From positions 1-64,000 of the forward strand of contig BROI01000023.1 of assembly GCA_027923505.1 (NCBI GenBank): a stretch of 64,000 nt of DNA, given 5' to 3'. The notes below the pieces were generated by a model. The model saw nothing but the letters and a program-made list of their open reading frames with translations. It was not told the DNA's origin and searched no databases. Positions 11,946 to 22,359 of this stretch are shown one piece after another (positions within the stretch are counted from its first letter, which is position 1; each line of letters begins with the position of its first letter). Made by a program: the position numbers and the translations under genes. The stretch comes from Mayamaea pseudoterrestris. Its lineage: Eukaryota.

Positions 11946-13064
11946 ATGCTTCACCTTGCCGCGACTACCGGTAGCAACGCGACTCGACATGCGCTTCGGC
12001 CAATGGTTTCAAGCGTGCTGCAACGCGCGACTACCGCCAAATTCGTCTCGTCGCCCGTGACGAGACAGCAGTCATCATGGACCAAGTCGAGTTCATCATC
12101 GTCTGGCTCGCAGCAGAACCAGCGCCGCCGCTACCAAGTACAAGTTCCCGCTCTGGCGCAGCTCAAGCGACAGCAGCAGCAAGCGCTCCACCGCCCCCAA
12201 GTCAATGGCCAAGCCGTTCCCTTTCACATTTCCGAGCTCGCCATGGTGCAGCAGCAATCGCGCGCCAGTGGAACTCCCATGCTGGCTCCGCCGCGTCACT
12301 ACGAGTCCGACTTGGTGGTTGTCTTGGACATGGACGAGTGCTTGATTCACTCGCAGTTTCTCGCGTCGTCTCCGACTGTTTCGAGCGACTATGCGCATCA
12401 ACTGCTGCGAAACAAGACTTCTTACAACAATACGTCTTCGACTTGCACTGCAGTCGAGTCGTTTCGCTTTCAGCTGCCGCACCAGGGAGACACGGTTCAC
12501 GTGCATTTGCGTCCCGGATTGGCAGAGTTTCTGCACAAGGTGTGCGAGCGATTCGAGACGCACATTTTTACGGCTGCCAAGGTATGTATTCATGTATGGA
12601 GTGAAGAGAGTTACAGTATATGTCTTTAAGACTTAACTAACTCTTGCTTTTACTTTTACTTGCAGGACATTTACGCCAATCCTCTCCTGGACCACATTGA
12701 CCCGGAAGGCAAGCTTGCCGGCCGCTGGTTTCGAGAGTCTTGCGTGTACGACGCTAGTCGACGCGCCTACGTCAAGAACTTGTCGCACTTTAGACCACTG
12801 CTTGATCGGGTTGTCCTTGTCGATAACAACCCATTGAGCTTTTTGCATCAACCCGAGAATGGCATTCTCGTCAGCAACTTTTACGATGACGCCACGGATA
12901 CGACACTTGAGAGCGTCTACCAACTACTCGAGGAGCTTGACGAGAGCGGCGCTGACGTTCGACCCGTCCTGGAGGAAAAGTTTGGCTTGGCGAGTGCCTT
13001 GGCCGAGCTGACGAACGGTCCATCGGTTCGTCCGGCACCCGCGGCGGCTGCTGTTGCAGCGTAA
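11946..13064 (+). CDS. FCP1/SCP-type HAD phosphatase (CTD small phosphatase-like), 2 exons, intron 12582-12665
   Basis: Motifs VVLDMDECLIHS, VHLRPGLAEFL, IFTAA, YVKNLS, VVLVDNNP. The GTATGT...TGCAG intron joins AAK|DIYAN in frame. Confidence 0.9.
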
Positions 13065-13493
13065 CTCAAGCCAACTGCTGACAAGGCTCCAAACAAGTCA
13101 ACAGACACACTGCTACTTGATCCACTCAAGCTACAACCCATTTCACCACAATCAAGATTTGACCACACGAGAATCATGCTTCATTTTCGCCCGAAGCCTC
13201 TTTTTGAGTCCGACTCTTTTTTCCCACCATGTTACACTTTTACATTGTTTCCTTTTTCCCTTTACGTCATCACTTCACACGCACTATCATCTACGTTTAC
13301 CTGCACTCTCTCATCACTTGCATGGAACATTCTCATCACACGTTATTCAATGACAATTGTAGTTTGAATGTTATTTTCTTTACGTTTCGTAGCTTATTCT
13401 TACAGGCAAGAGTAAACGTCGGGTATTCGTACGGAGTACGTTACTCAAGAGTAGCACTCACTCTAAGCAACGCCGCTAGGGTAGATACTCAGA

Positions 13494-15149
13494 CTATGTA
13501 GAATCCTTCATATACGACGTAGTCTTCGTGCTCTCTATCTCTAACCTGCGCTTTCGTGCGTTGCCTTCATCAACAACCGATTCAAGAGCACGCTTCTTGG
13601 GTGTTTCCCGCGACATATCGCTCGATGTAAGACTGCCGGAATCATCACCGTTAGACAATGACGTTTGGCTTGGACTAAGTTGCGACTTGAGATGTTTCTT
13701 GAGCAAATGCCGTATCTGGGCGCTTGATATCCACGTCGTTGCCGTCGCTCCATCATGGGTCGCGAGAGGAACGACAGGCATACAAGCGAGCAAACTTAAA
13801 TCCAACTGAATGACAATCAATACATCCTTGTCCGAGACGACCGAGCAAAGTTGATCCATCGTGCGACGTTGAACTCCTTTGTCTTGCTTGATCATGCGAA
13901 CGAAGCGTCCGCAAACCGCCAGAACGTCGCTGAAGAGAGCGCGGATCAAGTATGAATGATCGTCCGGAGCCGCATTATTCAGCAAGCGACTCGTATGCTC
14001 AACAAGTCGACGGTAACTATCGTTGCCCGCATGGCCCCGAGTGCAGTAATGCAGTGCCGATTTGCACGTACGACCGACTATAACGTCCATCTGATTCAGC
14101 ACAACTCTCTCAAAAGCAGCCTCTTCATCAATATCAAAAGACAATCTCAGAGTAGCCGAGGCCAGTTTCGGCTGCTTCTTTGCCCGCTTGGTTTTTGTCC
14201 CCTTTTTCGCTTTTAGTCTTTTGACCACATCTGAGGTCTCACCTTCGCTCTTTGGGTCCGTCAATTCTCGGACGAGATCCGCCAGCTTTCCTTTGACATA
14301 ATCCAAATCGTAAGGAATATTCTTTGCCGTGATATTAGCAAAAGAACTTGCACCTTTTGGTACATACGTTATGGTTTCCGGCGTGTGCGTTTGCACCGGC
14401 CCGTCTGTGTCCTTGACGAAGTTGGAGGATGGCCCTATTCCCCGCGAGACTTTCAAGCCGGATTTTTCATCTTGATATTCATCAACCGGAATGCATTCTT
14501 GTGTCTTGCCATGAACGCGGCCAGTATTGTCATTTGCTGGCGAAGAAAATGGCGTCACAATGGTTGGCTTGCCTCTTACCAAGCTACGAGTGGGTTTTGG
14601 ATCGGTTCCATTATCCTTTACTGATAGATTTAGCTCTTTTCGAATAATACATCTCACTCTTGCATCGGGCAAAATGGTAAAGGTTGGTGCTCGTGACTTT
14701 GCTCTAAAGCACCCCAGGATAACGCGATGGCCCGAATTGTTCAATTCAAGGAAAAGTTTGTCGACCAAAATATTTGGATCGTCCGGCTTGACTGTTTCAA
14801 GCAAAGAACGATAGTAGACAATTAATTTTCTAAATTTGATATTGCCAGGGTGTTGTGTTAGTTCAATATTTCTCGCCGCAAATGCAAGATCTTGTTCAAT
14901 GATGATATCGTCCGCGCGCGGTATTGTCGTCACAGCCTTTGCCTTTGTCATTTCCCGATCCCTGCCGCTCGGCACAAGCGCAGCCGGCATCTTCGTATTA
15001 ACAGTAATACTGGCGTCTGTGGCGACTCGGTCAAGAGTCAATTTGCTGGTCGTGGCGCTCATGGTCAAACGGATTTTGGAGGATGACCCTCTTTTGCCAG
15101 TCATGGAGCGACGCGGTGCGAACCATTGCATTGGACCAGCTTGCGTCAT
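13494..15149 (-). CDS. Protein with two DUF6824-like domains
   Basis: DLAF..HPGNIKFRKLI and DVIVGR..HAGNDSYRRLV..GRFV match the D-V-x-x-G-R / H-x-G-N-x-x-F/Y-R pattern. 551-aa ORF. Confidence 0.7.
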   Translation of the reverse strand: MTQAGPMQWFAPRRSMTGKRGSSSKIRLTMSATTSKLTLDRVATDASITVNTKMPAALVPSGRDREMTKAKAVTTIPRADDIIIEQDLAFAARNIELTQHPGNIKFRKLIVYYRSLLETVKPDDPNILVDKLFLELNNSGHRVILGCFRAKSRAPTFTILPDARVRCIIRKELNLSVKDNGTDPKPTRSLVRGKPTIVTPFSSPANDNTGRVHGKTQECIPVDEYQDEKSGLKVSRGIGPSSNFVKDTDGPVQTHTPETITYVPKGASSFANITAKNIPYDLDYVKGKLADLVRELTDPKSEGETSDVVKRLKAKKGTKTKRAKKQPKLASATLRLSFDIDEEAAFERVVLNQMDVIVGRTCKSALHYCTRGHAGNDSYRRLVEHTSRLLNNAAPDDHSYLIRALFSDVLAVCGRFVRMIKQDKGVQRRTMDQLCSVVSDKDVLIVIQLDLSLLACMPVVPLATHDGATATTWISSAQIRHLLKKHLKSQLSPSQTSLSNGDDSGSLTSSDMSRETPKKRALESVVDEGNARKRRLEIESTKTTSYMKDST

Positions 15150-15251
15150 TAAATCGTGCGTTTTTACAAGACTGATCCGTCAGCTCGCGCGCCGGCCAAG
15201 CCAGGCGTCACTCGATGAACGTCGCAAAACCTCGCTCACCTGCCTTTGACC

Positions 15252-15542
15252 ATGGAGTCTTTCGCATCGCATTCCGTATTGTGCGTTCTAGTTTGCATCG
15301 TGCTTGCTGTCGCTGTCTACGTAGTATCAGTCTTTAATCGCAACAAGAAACCAGCCTTCGAAAAGATTGGAATGAGCTACGACAATCATGGAGAATTGCT
15401 GTGGATCTGCCGCAGCTCGGAAGCCAAGCAAGTTTTCACCATGCGAGCCGACGCTATGGGACGAGCGGAACGACGGCGGACTTGGACGGCTGGTATGGAT
15501 GATGGAGTCTCAAAACATTTGAAGCATTTAAACAGCAAGTAA
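15252..15542 (+). CDS. Small predicted single-pass membrane protein
   Basis: ATG at 15252, then a hydrophobic stretch VLCVLVCIVLAVAVYVVSVF followed by NRNKK. No family recognised. Confidence 0.4.
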   Translation: MESFASHSVLCVLVCIVLAVAVYVVSVFNRNKKPAFEKIGMSYDNHGELLWICRSSEAKQVFTMRADAMGRAERRRTWTAGMDDGVSKHLKHLNSK

Positions 15543-15892
15543 GAAGAATGGGGAATGAGGCGACGCAAGGCCTAAACCACATACACGACGTCATTCCCTC
15601 GTAATGCAAGCGATGAGAACCAGGCACAAATAATACTTGCTATGCGAAGGTTTTGCAACTTGATTTTGCGGCTTTTTATCCGTACCGATTAAGTAACTAC
15701 ATCGGCACTTGATCGATCAAATAGATTATTTACCAACCCTGACAGACTACCGACGGCCTACAGTACCGTCACGAATGCTTCACAATTAATGCGCACCCAA
15801 TTTAGCCTTTATTTATTTGTTACCGAATCAGCATTTATAGCGTCGCGTTAAAGACTAGAAACGACGTTTGCAACGGTTAGCTCGCAACGCAT

Positions 15893-17641
15893 TCACCGTC
15901 GAATCAGAATTGCGCCGCCTTGTCCGTTTCTGTCGCGTCCCTTGTAGACATTGTAGCCTTCCACTTGTAGCCAATCCAGCACGGCGGCTTCCAATGCGCC
16001 GCCCCCTTTTTGATCCGTCTGACTCCCAACGTGATGGCCGGTTCCTGTCACAATCCAAACGGAGCTCATCGTCTCTAGCTTGGCGGGCAGTACATTGGAA
16101 AGAACGGCAGAAAACGTCTTGGTTGATTGAAAGTGCAAATCAATCACGTCGTTTCGCCGAACTGACTTTAAAATCTGCAAGTATCGTTCCATGGGATCAT
16201 TGATGAAAAAGACGGACGAGTCTCGGTTTTCATGTGGATTCCAAAGGTTCTGAGGGATTGGTACGGTAGGAATGGTGGCTGGTTGCAGCCGTTTGGCCTG
16301 CATTTGATCGAGATTGGCAGGAGCAGCGAATGACGCTTGAGAGAAGCCTTGCGATGCAATTGCGGCAAATGTTGATTGTTTCTGTGCCTGGCTATCCGAA
16401 CATGCATAGTCATGCGATGCGATGTCGTCATGTATTCCTTCGCAACTATTAAAGTGCCGTCCATCGTCGTCAGTTTCGTGATCAAAGTACTCAATCTCAG
16501 CTGCTTTCTCTTGCATGTTTGCCAAAACATCATACACTATTTGTTTATCAAAGTGATGGTAGAACGGACAAGATCCTGCCTTCCATCGACATGAACCCTT
16601 GATCCAAAAGAGGCAAACCCCAACAACGTGACTAAACGCACAATCCGCACGATAGCAGCCCTTGTCCAAGTAGTGTCGGCAAACTTGAGGGGATGCCAGT
16701 GCCAAGTCGATCAAGTATTGCGCCATGGCAGGGTTGGCGTCGGCAGTCAGTGCAGCGTCGACGGCCGCAGCTCGAGCCAGTGGAAGATGCGTGTTCATGG
16801 CGACCAAGTATTCGACGCAGGAGTTTAGTGTCTCTTCATCGACAAATTGTTGCGGCTCCTGAACTTGCTCCCGCTGCTCATTTGATGAGTAGTGATGTGA
16901 GTCATATACGGCCGTGGTCGCATGTAGTGGCTGCTGGAGCAAGGTGCTGGTGGTTGAGTTACTCGTCGTTGTTTCGTCCAGTGACGACTCTCTGGAGCGA
17001 ACGCCGCCAACGGAATCGTAAAGAGACGCCTGACCTCCATGACTCATTTTTCGCAGTTTCGTTTTGGAGATTGTCGAAGCTGTGCCAAGTGGAGGAAACT
17101 CGTACTCGCCCAAGGAGGAAGCTGATGCATGCATCCTCGGAGAATTCCTTGTTTCTCCGACAAAGCCAGTCGGGGTGAGAGCTTCCTCCACGTAATGCTC
17201 CATGTCATCATCATCTTCTCCAAGCAAATCATTTGGAATAAGCGATTTGGCTTGCTTTGGAGAAAGCGCATCGACCATGGAAGCCTGAGCAATGGACGTG
17301 GAAATGTTCCGTTGCTGAGCAATTTCATGGATAGCTTGGTGAACTTCTTCCAAAGCCTCTAGCGCCGCTGGTTCGTCCAAGAGACAATGCTCCTGCACTA
17401 GCTCGAGCAAGGAATCCTTCAGATCTTGATCAACCTTGTCGAAAGACGGTGAATCGTCTTTATTAATGCTTATAGATGCTGTTTCCTCCGCATTCGCATT
17501 ACTTTCCAGCAGCAAACTCACCACATATGAACCGAGACTAGAGTCCGGATGGGCTTCTTCGCTAGCAAGCTTCTCCAGAATAGTTTGTGCTATATTCTCA
17601 ATGGATAAAGGTTTGTGAGATCCTCCGTAGTGAGTAGGCAT
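15893..17641 (-). CDS. CCCH zinc-finger + Smr domain protein
   Basis: Two CCCH fingers (CRHYLDKGCYRADCAFSH, CLFWIKGSCRWKAGSCPFYH). Smr motifs IDLHFQ, WIVTGTGHH and GGAILI. Confidence 0.88.
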   Translation of the reverse strand: MPTHYGGSHKPLSIENIAQTILEKLASEEAHPDSSLGSYVVSLLLESNANAEETASISINKDDSPSFDKVDQDLKDSLLELVQEHCLLDEPAALEALEEVHQAIHEIAQQRNISTSIAQASMVDALSPKQAKSLIPNDLLGEDDDDMEHYVEEALTPTGFVGETRNSPRMHASASSLGEYEFPPLGTASTISKTKLRKMSHGGQASLYDSVGGVRSRESSLDETTTSNSTTSTLLQQPLHATTAVYDSHHYSSNEQREQVQEPQQFVDEETLNSCVEYLVAMNTHLPLARAAAVDAALTADANPAMAQYLIDLALASPQVCRHYLDKGCYRADCAFSHVVGVCLFWIKGSCRWKAGSCPFYHHFDKQIVYDVLANMQEKAAEIEYFDHETDDDGRHFNSCEGIHDDIASHDYACSDSQAQKQSTFAAIASQGFSQASFAAPANLDQMQAKRLQPATIPTVPIPQNLWNPHENRDSSVFFINDPMERYLQILKSVRRNDVIDLHFQSTKTFSAVLSNVLPAKLETMSSVWIVTGTGHHVGSQTDQKGGGALEAAVLDWLQVEGYNVYKGRDRNGQGGAILIRR

Positions 17642-18052
17642 GGCAAGGTTTTATAAGGTACCGGTAGCAAGAATGAAGGTTTTCGATAATTGTCAGTTGA
17701 GGTGCAGCCTCTTCTCGTTTCACTTCTCAATGACCCTGGTTACAAAGCGTCAATATCTTGGCTAGAATACGGGGTTCCTAGTGAGCTTGGCAGACAGATT
17801 CTGACAGTCAAACAATGCATTCATGGGCAACTCCCGACAACGTTGAAAAGCACGCTACAAAGTATCGTTGCCATGCAGCCGCGCACCGCACCACTTCCAC
17901 ACTCCCATTCGTTCGAGGAGTACCGGTCGGATTAAGCAGCTATGATAGTGTGCCTTTGTAAACTACGGTAAGTTGAGTAGGCATGCAGTATGAGCATGCA
18001 GACTTGCGTAACATCCTATAGCTGTTTAAAATTCGCTCAAGGTTTACTATTC

Positions 18053-19060
18053 TTAAACAGACGTAGTTGTTGGTTGCGACTTCATTTCTACTACTCGCTC
18101 ATCTTGATCAGGCGAATCCGTTGGCGGTGCTCCAAATATGTTGTAGGCACCAAAGTAGGAGCTCCAGGGTGCTGGTTGGCCAAGGCCCGGTGCAGGTTGC
18201 TTTTCAACGTCGTCGTCTGCCATGAGCTTTTGCTTCTTGTCTTCCAAACCAGTCTCGTCGTTTTCAAAGGCTTCGCCGCTGTGATTGCTTGGTTTGGCCT
18301 TGAGAAACGAATCGGCAATCCAAAAGTAAATGACGTTCAAAAACCCTGGAAACAGAATCATGACAAAGACCAGTTCGAAGCGAATGTTGAATTGAATCGG
18401 CGCAAACAAAATAGCTCCAAGCCAAGCCAATTGATCCGAAAATAGCCACATGAACAGGTAAATAATCATCTTGACAATGGTCTGAATCAATAGCCATGCA
18501 AAGCATTGACTGACCCAATGCATCAAGCCATTGGGTCCAGTATAAACGCCGGAATGTTTCAGATGGGTCCAATCGCGCTGGTGCGCCACCTTGTCAAGTA
18601 GATTCAAGCAGATAATGGCAAGGACCAAGCCCAAGGTCGTGTCAATCAGATAAGACAAGCCGTACCAAGCGCATTGGTCGTTTAATACAGTGTCACCGCG
18701 AATGTTTTGAGAGATTATCGATGCGATTATCTAAAGAGAACAGTGTGAGTGGATGCGACTGATGCAAAAAAGGCAATCAAAGATTCAAAGTATTCCATGA
18801 CGTACCATATTGAGTACATGAGCATAGCACGCTCCGATACCCTGCTTTCCAATATCCAGGCTCCATGTTCGACAGGTTCTTCTTGGCACTTCGCGAAGTC
18901 TCTTCCAATACAAGGACAGCAATGCGCCGAGCGCCAAGGCAATCTGCACGAGGGCGGTGAAGAAGTCATTGCGATCATAGACTTTGCAATACTGCTCCTG
19001 CTGCTCGGCATTGTCTTCTTCATCTAACAAACGTGAGTATATTGAGTTGACTATAGACAT
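18053..19060 (-). CDS. STIMATE/TMEM110-like membrane protein, 2 exons, intron 18731-18805
   Basis: KRLREVPRR..WSLDIGKQGIGA..HVLNM spliced to IIAS..DQCAWY..DTTLG..ELVFVMILFP..FWIADSFLK. 75-nt GTACGT...TTTAG intron is in frame. Confidence 0.85.
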
Positions 19061-20265
19061 GGCCGAAGATTGTTGGGTGGTCGAAACAATCGAAAAGTAT
19101 TTGCGAACGGCTAGCAGATGCAACGGCTTTCGTCGAGGCGAAAAGTGGGCCTCGATAGGATCCTAGCGCTAAATTGTCGCGTGATGAACTTTTAAATTTC
19201 TTGGCTATCTAAGGTAATGATTGATTGTATTGCTTTGTTCTTCTCGTCGACTCGTTGTCGACAATCCGATGTGTCGCTAAACTCGTTTCTCATGGCCGTT
19301 CGCAACGGAAGTGCGAGGCATCGGCGAAACGAGCGAGGCGGTCTCCGGCGCGCTGAAATAATGAGAGCGACATCGCAGCGGCTCCTAAACGGTTATCAAA
19401 TCCTGCGGGAGGTACAGGTACGTATCATAATCACGCTCACTAACGATTATATATTACGGAAGCATAGACGAAGTTTTCTTTGCATGCTTAGGAAGCTAAG
19501 CAATCAGCTTATCTGAGCAAGCACATTGTGCAGAGCGAAGTACTAATGTTGCAACTCCACTGCCTTTGTGCCGTGATGCTTTTGTGTTGACTACCGCGGT
19601 GTATATAAAGCGCTACTCGCAGTGCACAGCAACATTTGAACGAGAACAGACTGCCTACATCGTTAGCGTGCAGCCATTCGGAACGATAGCAATCCATGCT
19701 AATGTTTATCGGTAGCTAAATTTTGTCTCAAGGTTAGGCGATACTCGACAAAGCGTGACTCATCAACGTCTAAACACGAAACGTGTTCTAGTTAAGCCAG
19801 CCTCGCCCGAAAACTTCTTCATCCATGGACAGCCATCCGCATTTGTTCGATAGCCGCACAACCGACGCAGCGTCGAACCTCTACTCACTCATTGCATCAT
19901 TCACCTTCCCAATCTACTGTAAGTTTGCCGGCCGACTTTTTCGAAAGCTGCATTGTACAGAATTACAAATTGGGCGAACAAATTAGCAAGTCTTCTCGCT
20001 TGGCAAGTCGCTCGGAAGCAACGCGCTCAACTCGCCTATTGAACTTTTAAATTTGAAACGGTTACACGAGACACACACGGAACAAACTGTCGACGAGATT
20101 ATCAAATCAATTCCATCATTGCTGAAACAAATGAAACGTTGCATCATGTCTTGGCTAGGCGAAACGAACGAAAGTGCGAGCCGAAGGGCGAACGACAACG
20201 ACAAGAACAAATTGACTGCCGCTCACCTAGAAACCACAAGGTTTCGCCAAAGGTTTGCATATAGA

Positions 20266-22256
20266 ATGCCTTTTGAATCAGGCTGCTCGGTACATATTGC
20301 AGCGTTGATGCTTTTTGCCGTCAGCAGCCTTCTATGGATCGTTCCATGCCATGCACAATCATCGCCTACATCACCCACATGGAATGCTCCAACTTGGCCT
20401 TCTCCCTCGTGGCCAGCGAATTCTCCGTCTTGGGCAAATGCTCCCTCCTTTGGTATGTAACGTACAGGATTAATAGCTGCAGTGTTCGCTTGCGACGTGT
20501 CATGCACAGATCTCACTCGCCGCAATTATCTTTCACAGGACGACAGCAAGTTACTCCATCGGTTGCACAAACACCGGAGCGTGCTCCATATTCGGACAGT
20601 ACTTCTTCTCCGACTATTGTCTCGAATGAAACCTTTTCACCGAATGAGAAGAACCAAACCATGGCCCCAACGAACTACACTGATTCGCCAACGCCGCAAC
20701 CCACAGTATATACGACTTCCGAGCCAACGTACATGCCTACAGGAACACCAACTATAGCTCTGACGACTGTGAGTCCGACGAATGAACCCACCGTCACGCA
20801 GACGGAGCAACCAACTGTTAGCTTTGGCGTGCCAACCTATCTACCGACTCTCAAGCCGACGCCAAGGCCGACGAATCGGAGAAAAACACCTTTACCGACA
20901 GTCAAAAATGACGACAATGACCCAACTCCCTCCGAGGCTCCAGTATCATCTTCGACGGAGTCACAAACGGTAGATTTGGTGTTGCTGCTCCAGTCAGTCA
21001 GTGATTTACTCGATGGAGAAACGTCAGATTCCTTTGACAGCGCCACGGCCCGTTACATTGAAACATCCATTTTGCAGCAGCAGAATGGAGTTGACAGTGT
21101 TTCCGTGGTGGTCACTCGTCTGGCGCAGCGTCTCATTACGACTGTGCCATCCAATGCTGACAATTCACAGCGGCGACTCTTGACGACTCGAGTATTGCAG
21201 AGTGATGCGTCGGCAGTGTATCCGCTACAAGTCATAACAACTGCCGAAGTAAATTACAAGTTGAACGAGTTTGAATCTATGCAAAATGACCCTAATGTTT
21301 GGGTCAGCAGTGCCTTCAACAGCCAAGCCAAGCGTGACGCCTATACGCAGGCGCTGCAGGCAACGAACGATCCTTATTTTAATCCAGTCAACGAAATTGG
21401 CGTCAAAGTTGATGGTGCCACTCCTGCGGAGGAGACTGACTTTGATGGCGAAGCTGCATCGGGCGATGACGAAGATAATAACAATAATAATCAAATGCTT
21501 GGTATTATTATCGGGTCGGCGCTTGGAGGCGTTGCCGTACTTGGGCTTGGTTTTCTTGGGTATCGCAAATTTGTTGGTAACGACGACGCGCAAGTTGATC
21601 CAGGCAAGGCACATTCGTTGAGCGGGCCTAGTATATCGCAGCACCTTGCGTTTCAGACGGAAATCCTTGTGGATGGCCAACGAGCCGATGATATTTCGAC
21701 GCTGGGGGATTTAACCATGTGGGGGCACATGGCAGTGAGCGACGGCCCCGGACGTGATGAGCGAACGGCGAGCCTTGGTGACTATGACTACGCTAAACAA
21801 TTTTTGCAGCAGAGGAACGGATCCAACGATACTGGCGATCATACTCATTCGGTTTCGGAATCCAACCCAGTATCGAGGGTATCCTCGAGTCAATCCGGCT
21901 ATTCTACCAAAATTGGATTGCCACCCATGAACGCATCAGTGTTTTCCGACGATGCGTCGTTCGAGCAGCAATTTGCGGATGGAGATGCCGTCGACGAAAA
22001 ATTTGAAATTAAAGTGCCGCCAGGTAAACTTGGAATGGTGATTGATACGCCTAATGGTGATGTGCCCATTGTTCATGCCATCAAGAGTGAAAGTATTCTT
22101 TACGACCAAGTCAAAGTGGGTGATCGATTACTGTCCGTGAATGGTATCGACGTGTCGAGTATGACAGCTTTGCAAGTCTCCAAATTAATCAGTTTGAAGG
22201 CCGATCAGCACCGTGTCTTGAATTTCCATCGCAGTGGACCTCTGAGGGAACGATAG
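20266..22256 (+). CDS. Type I membrane protein: signal peptide, Pro/Thr-rich stalk, RRL motif, TM helix, C-terminal PDZ; intron 20453-20538
   Basis: Signal-like IAALMLFAVSSLLWIVPCHA, PT repeats, TM GIIIGSALGGVAVLGLGFLGY, and PDZ VPPGKLGMVID..VKVGDRLLSVNG. GTATGT...CACAG splices in frame. Start codon uncertain. Confidence 0.8.
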
Positions 22257-22359
22257 GGGGTCACACCTTTGCTACAGTTCCAATAGTGTAATAATAGTTG
22301 GTTGCCACATCATGACTGTTTTAAATAGTTGCGCGTACGAATATTGACATCTTATACAG

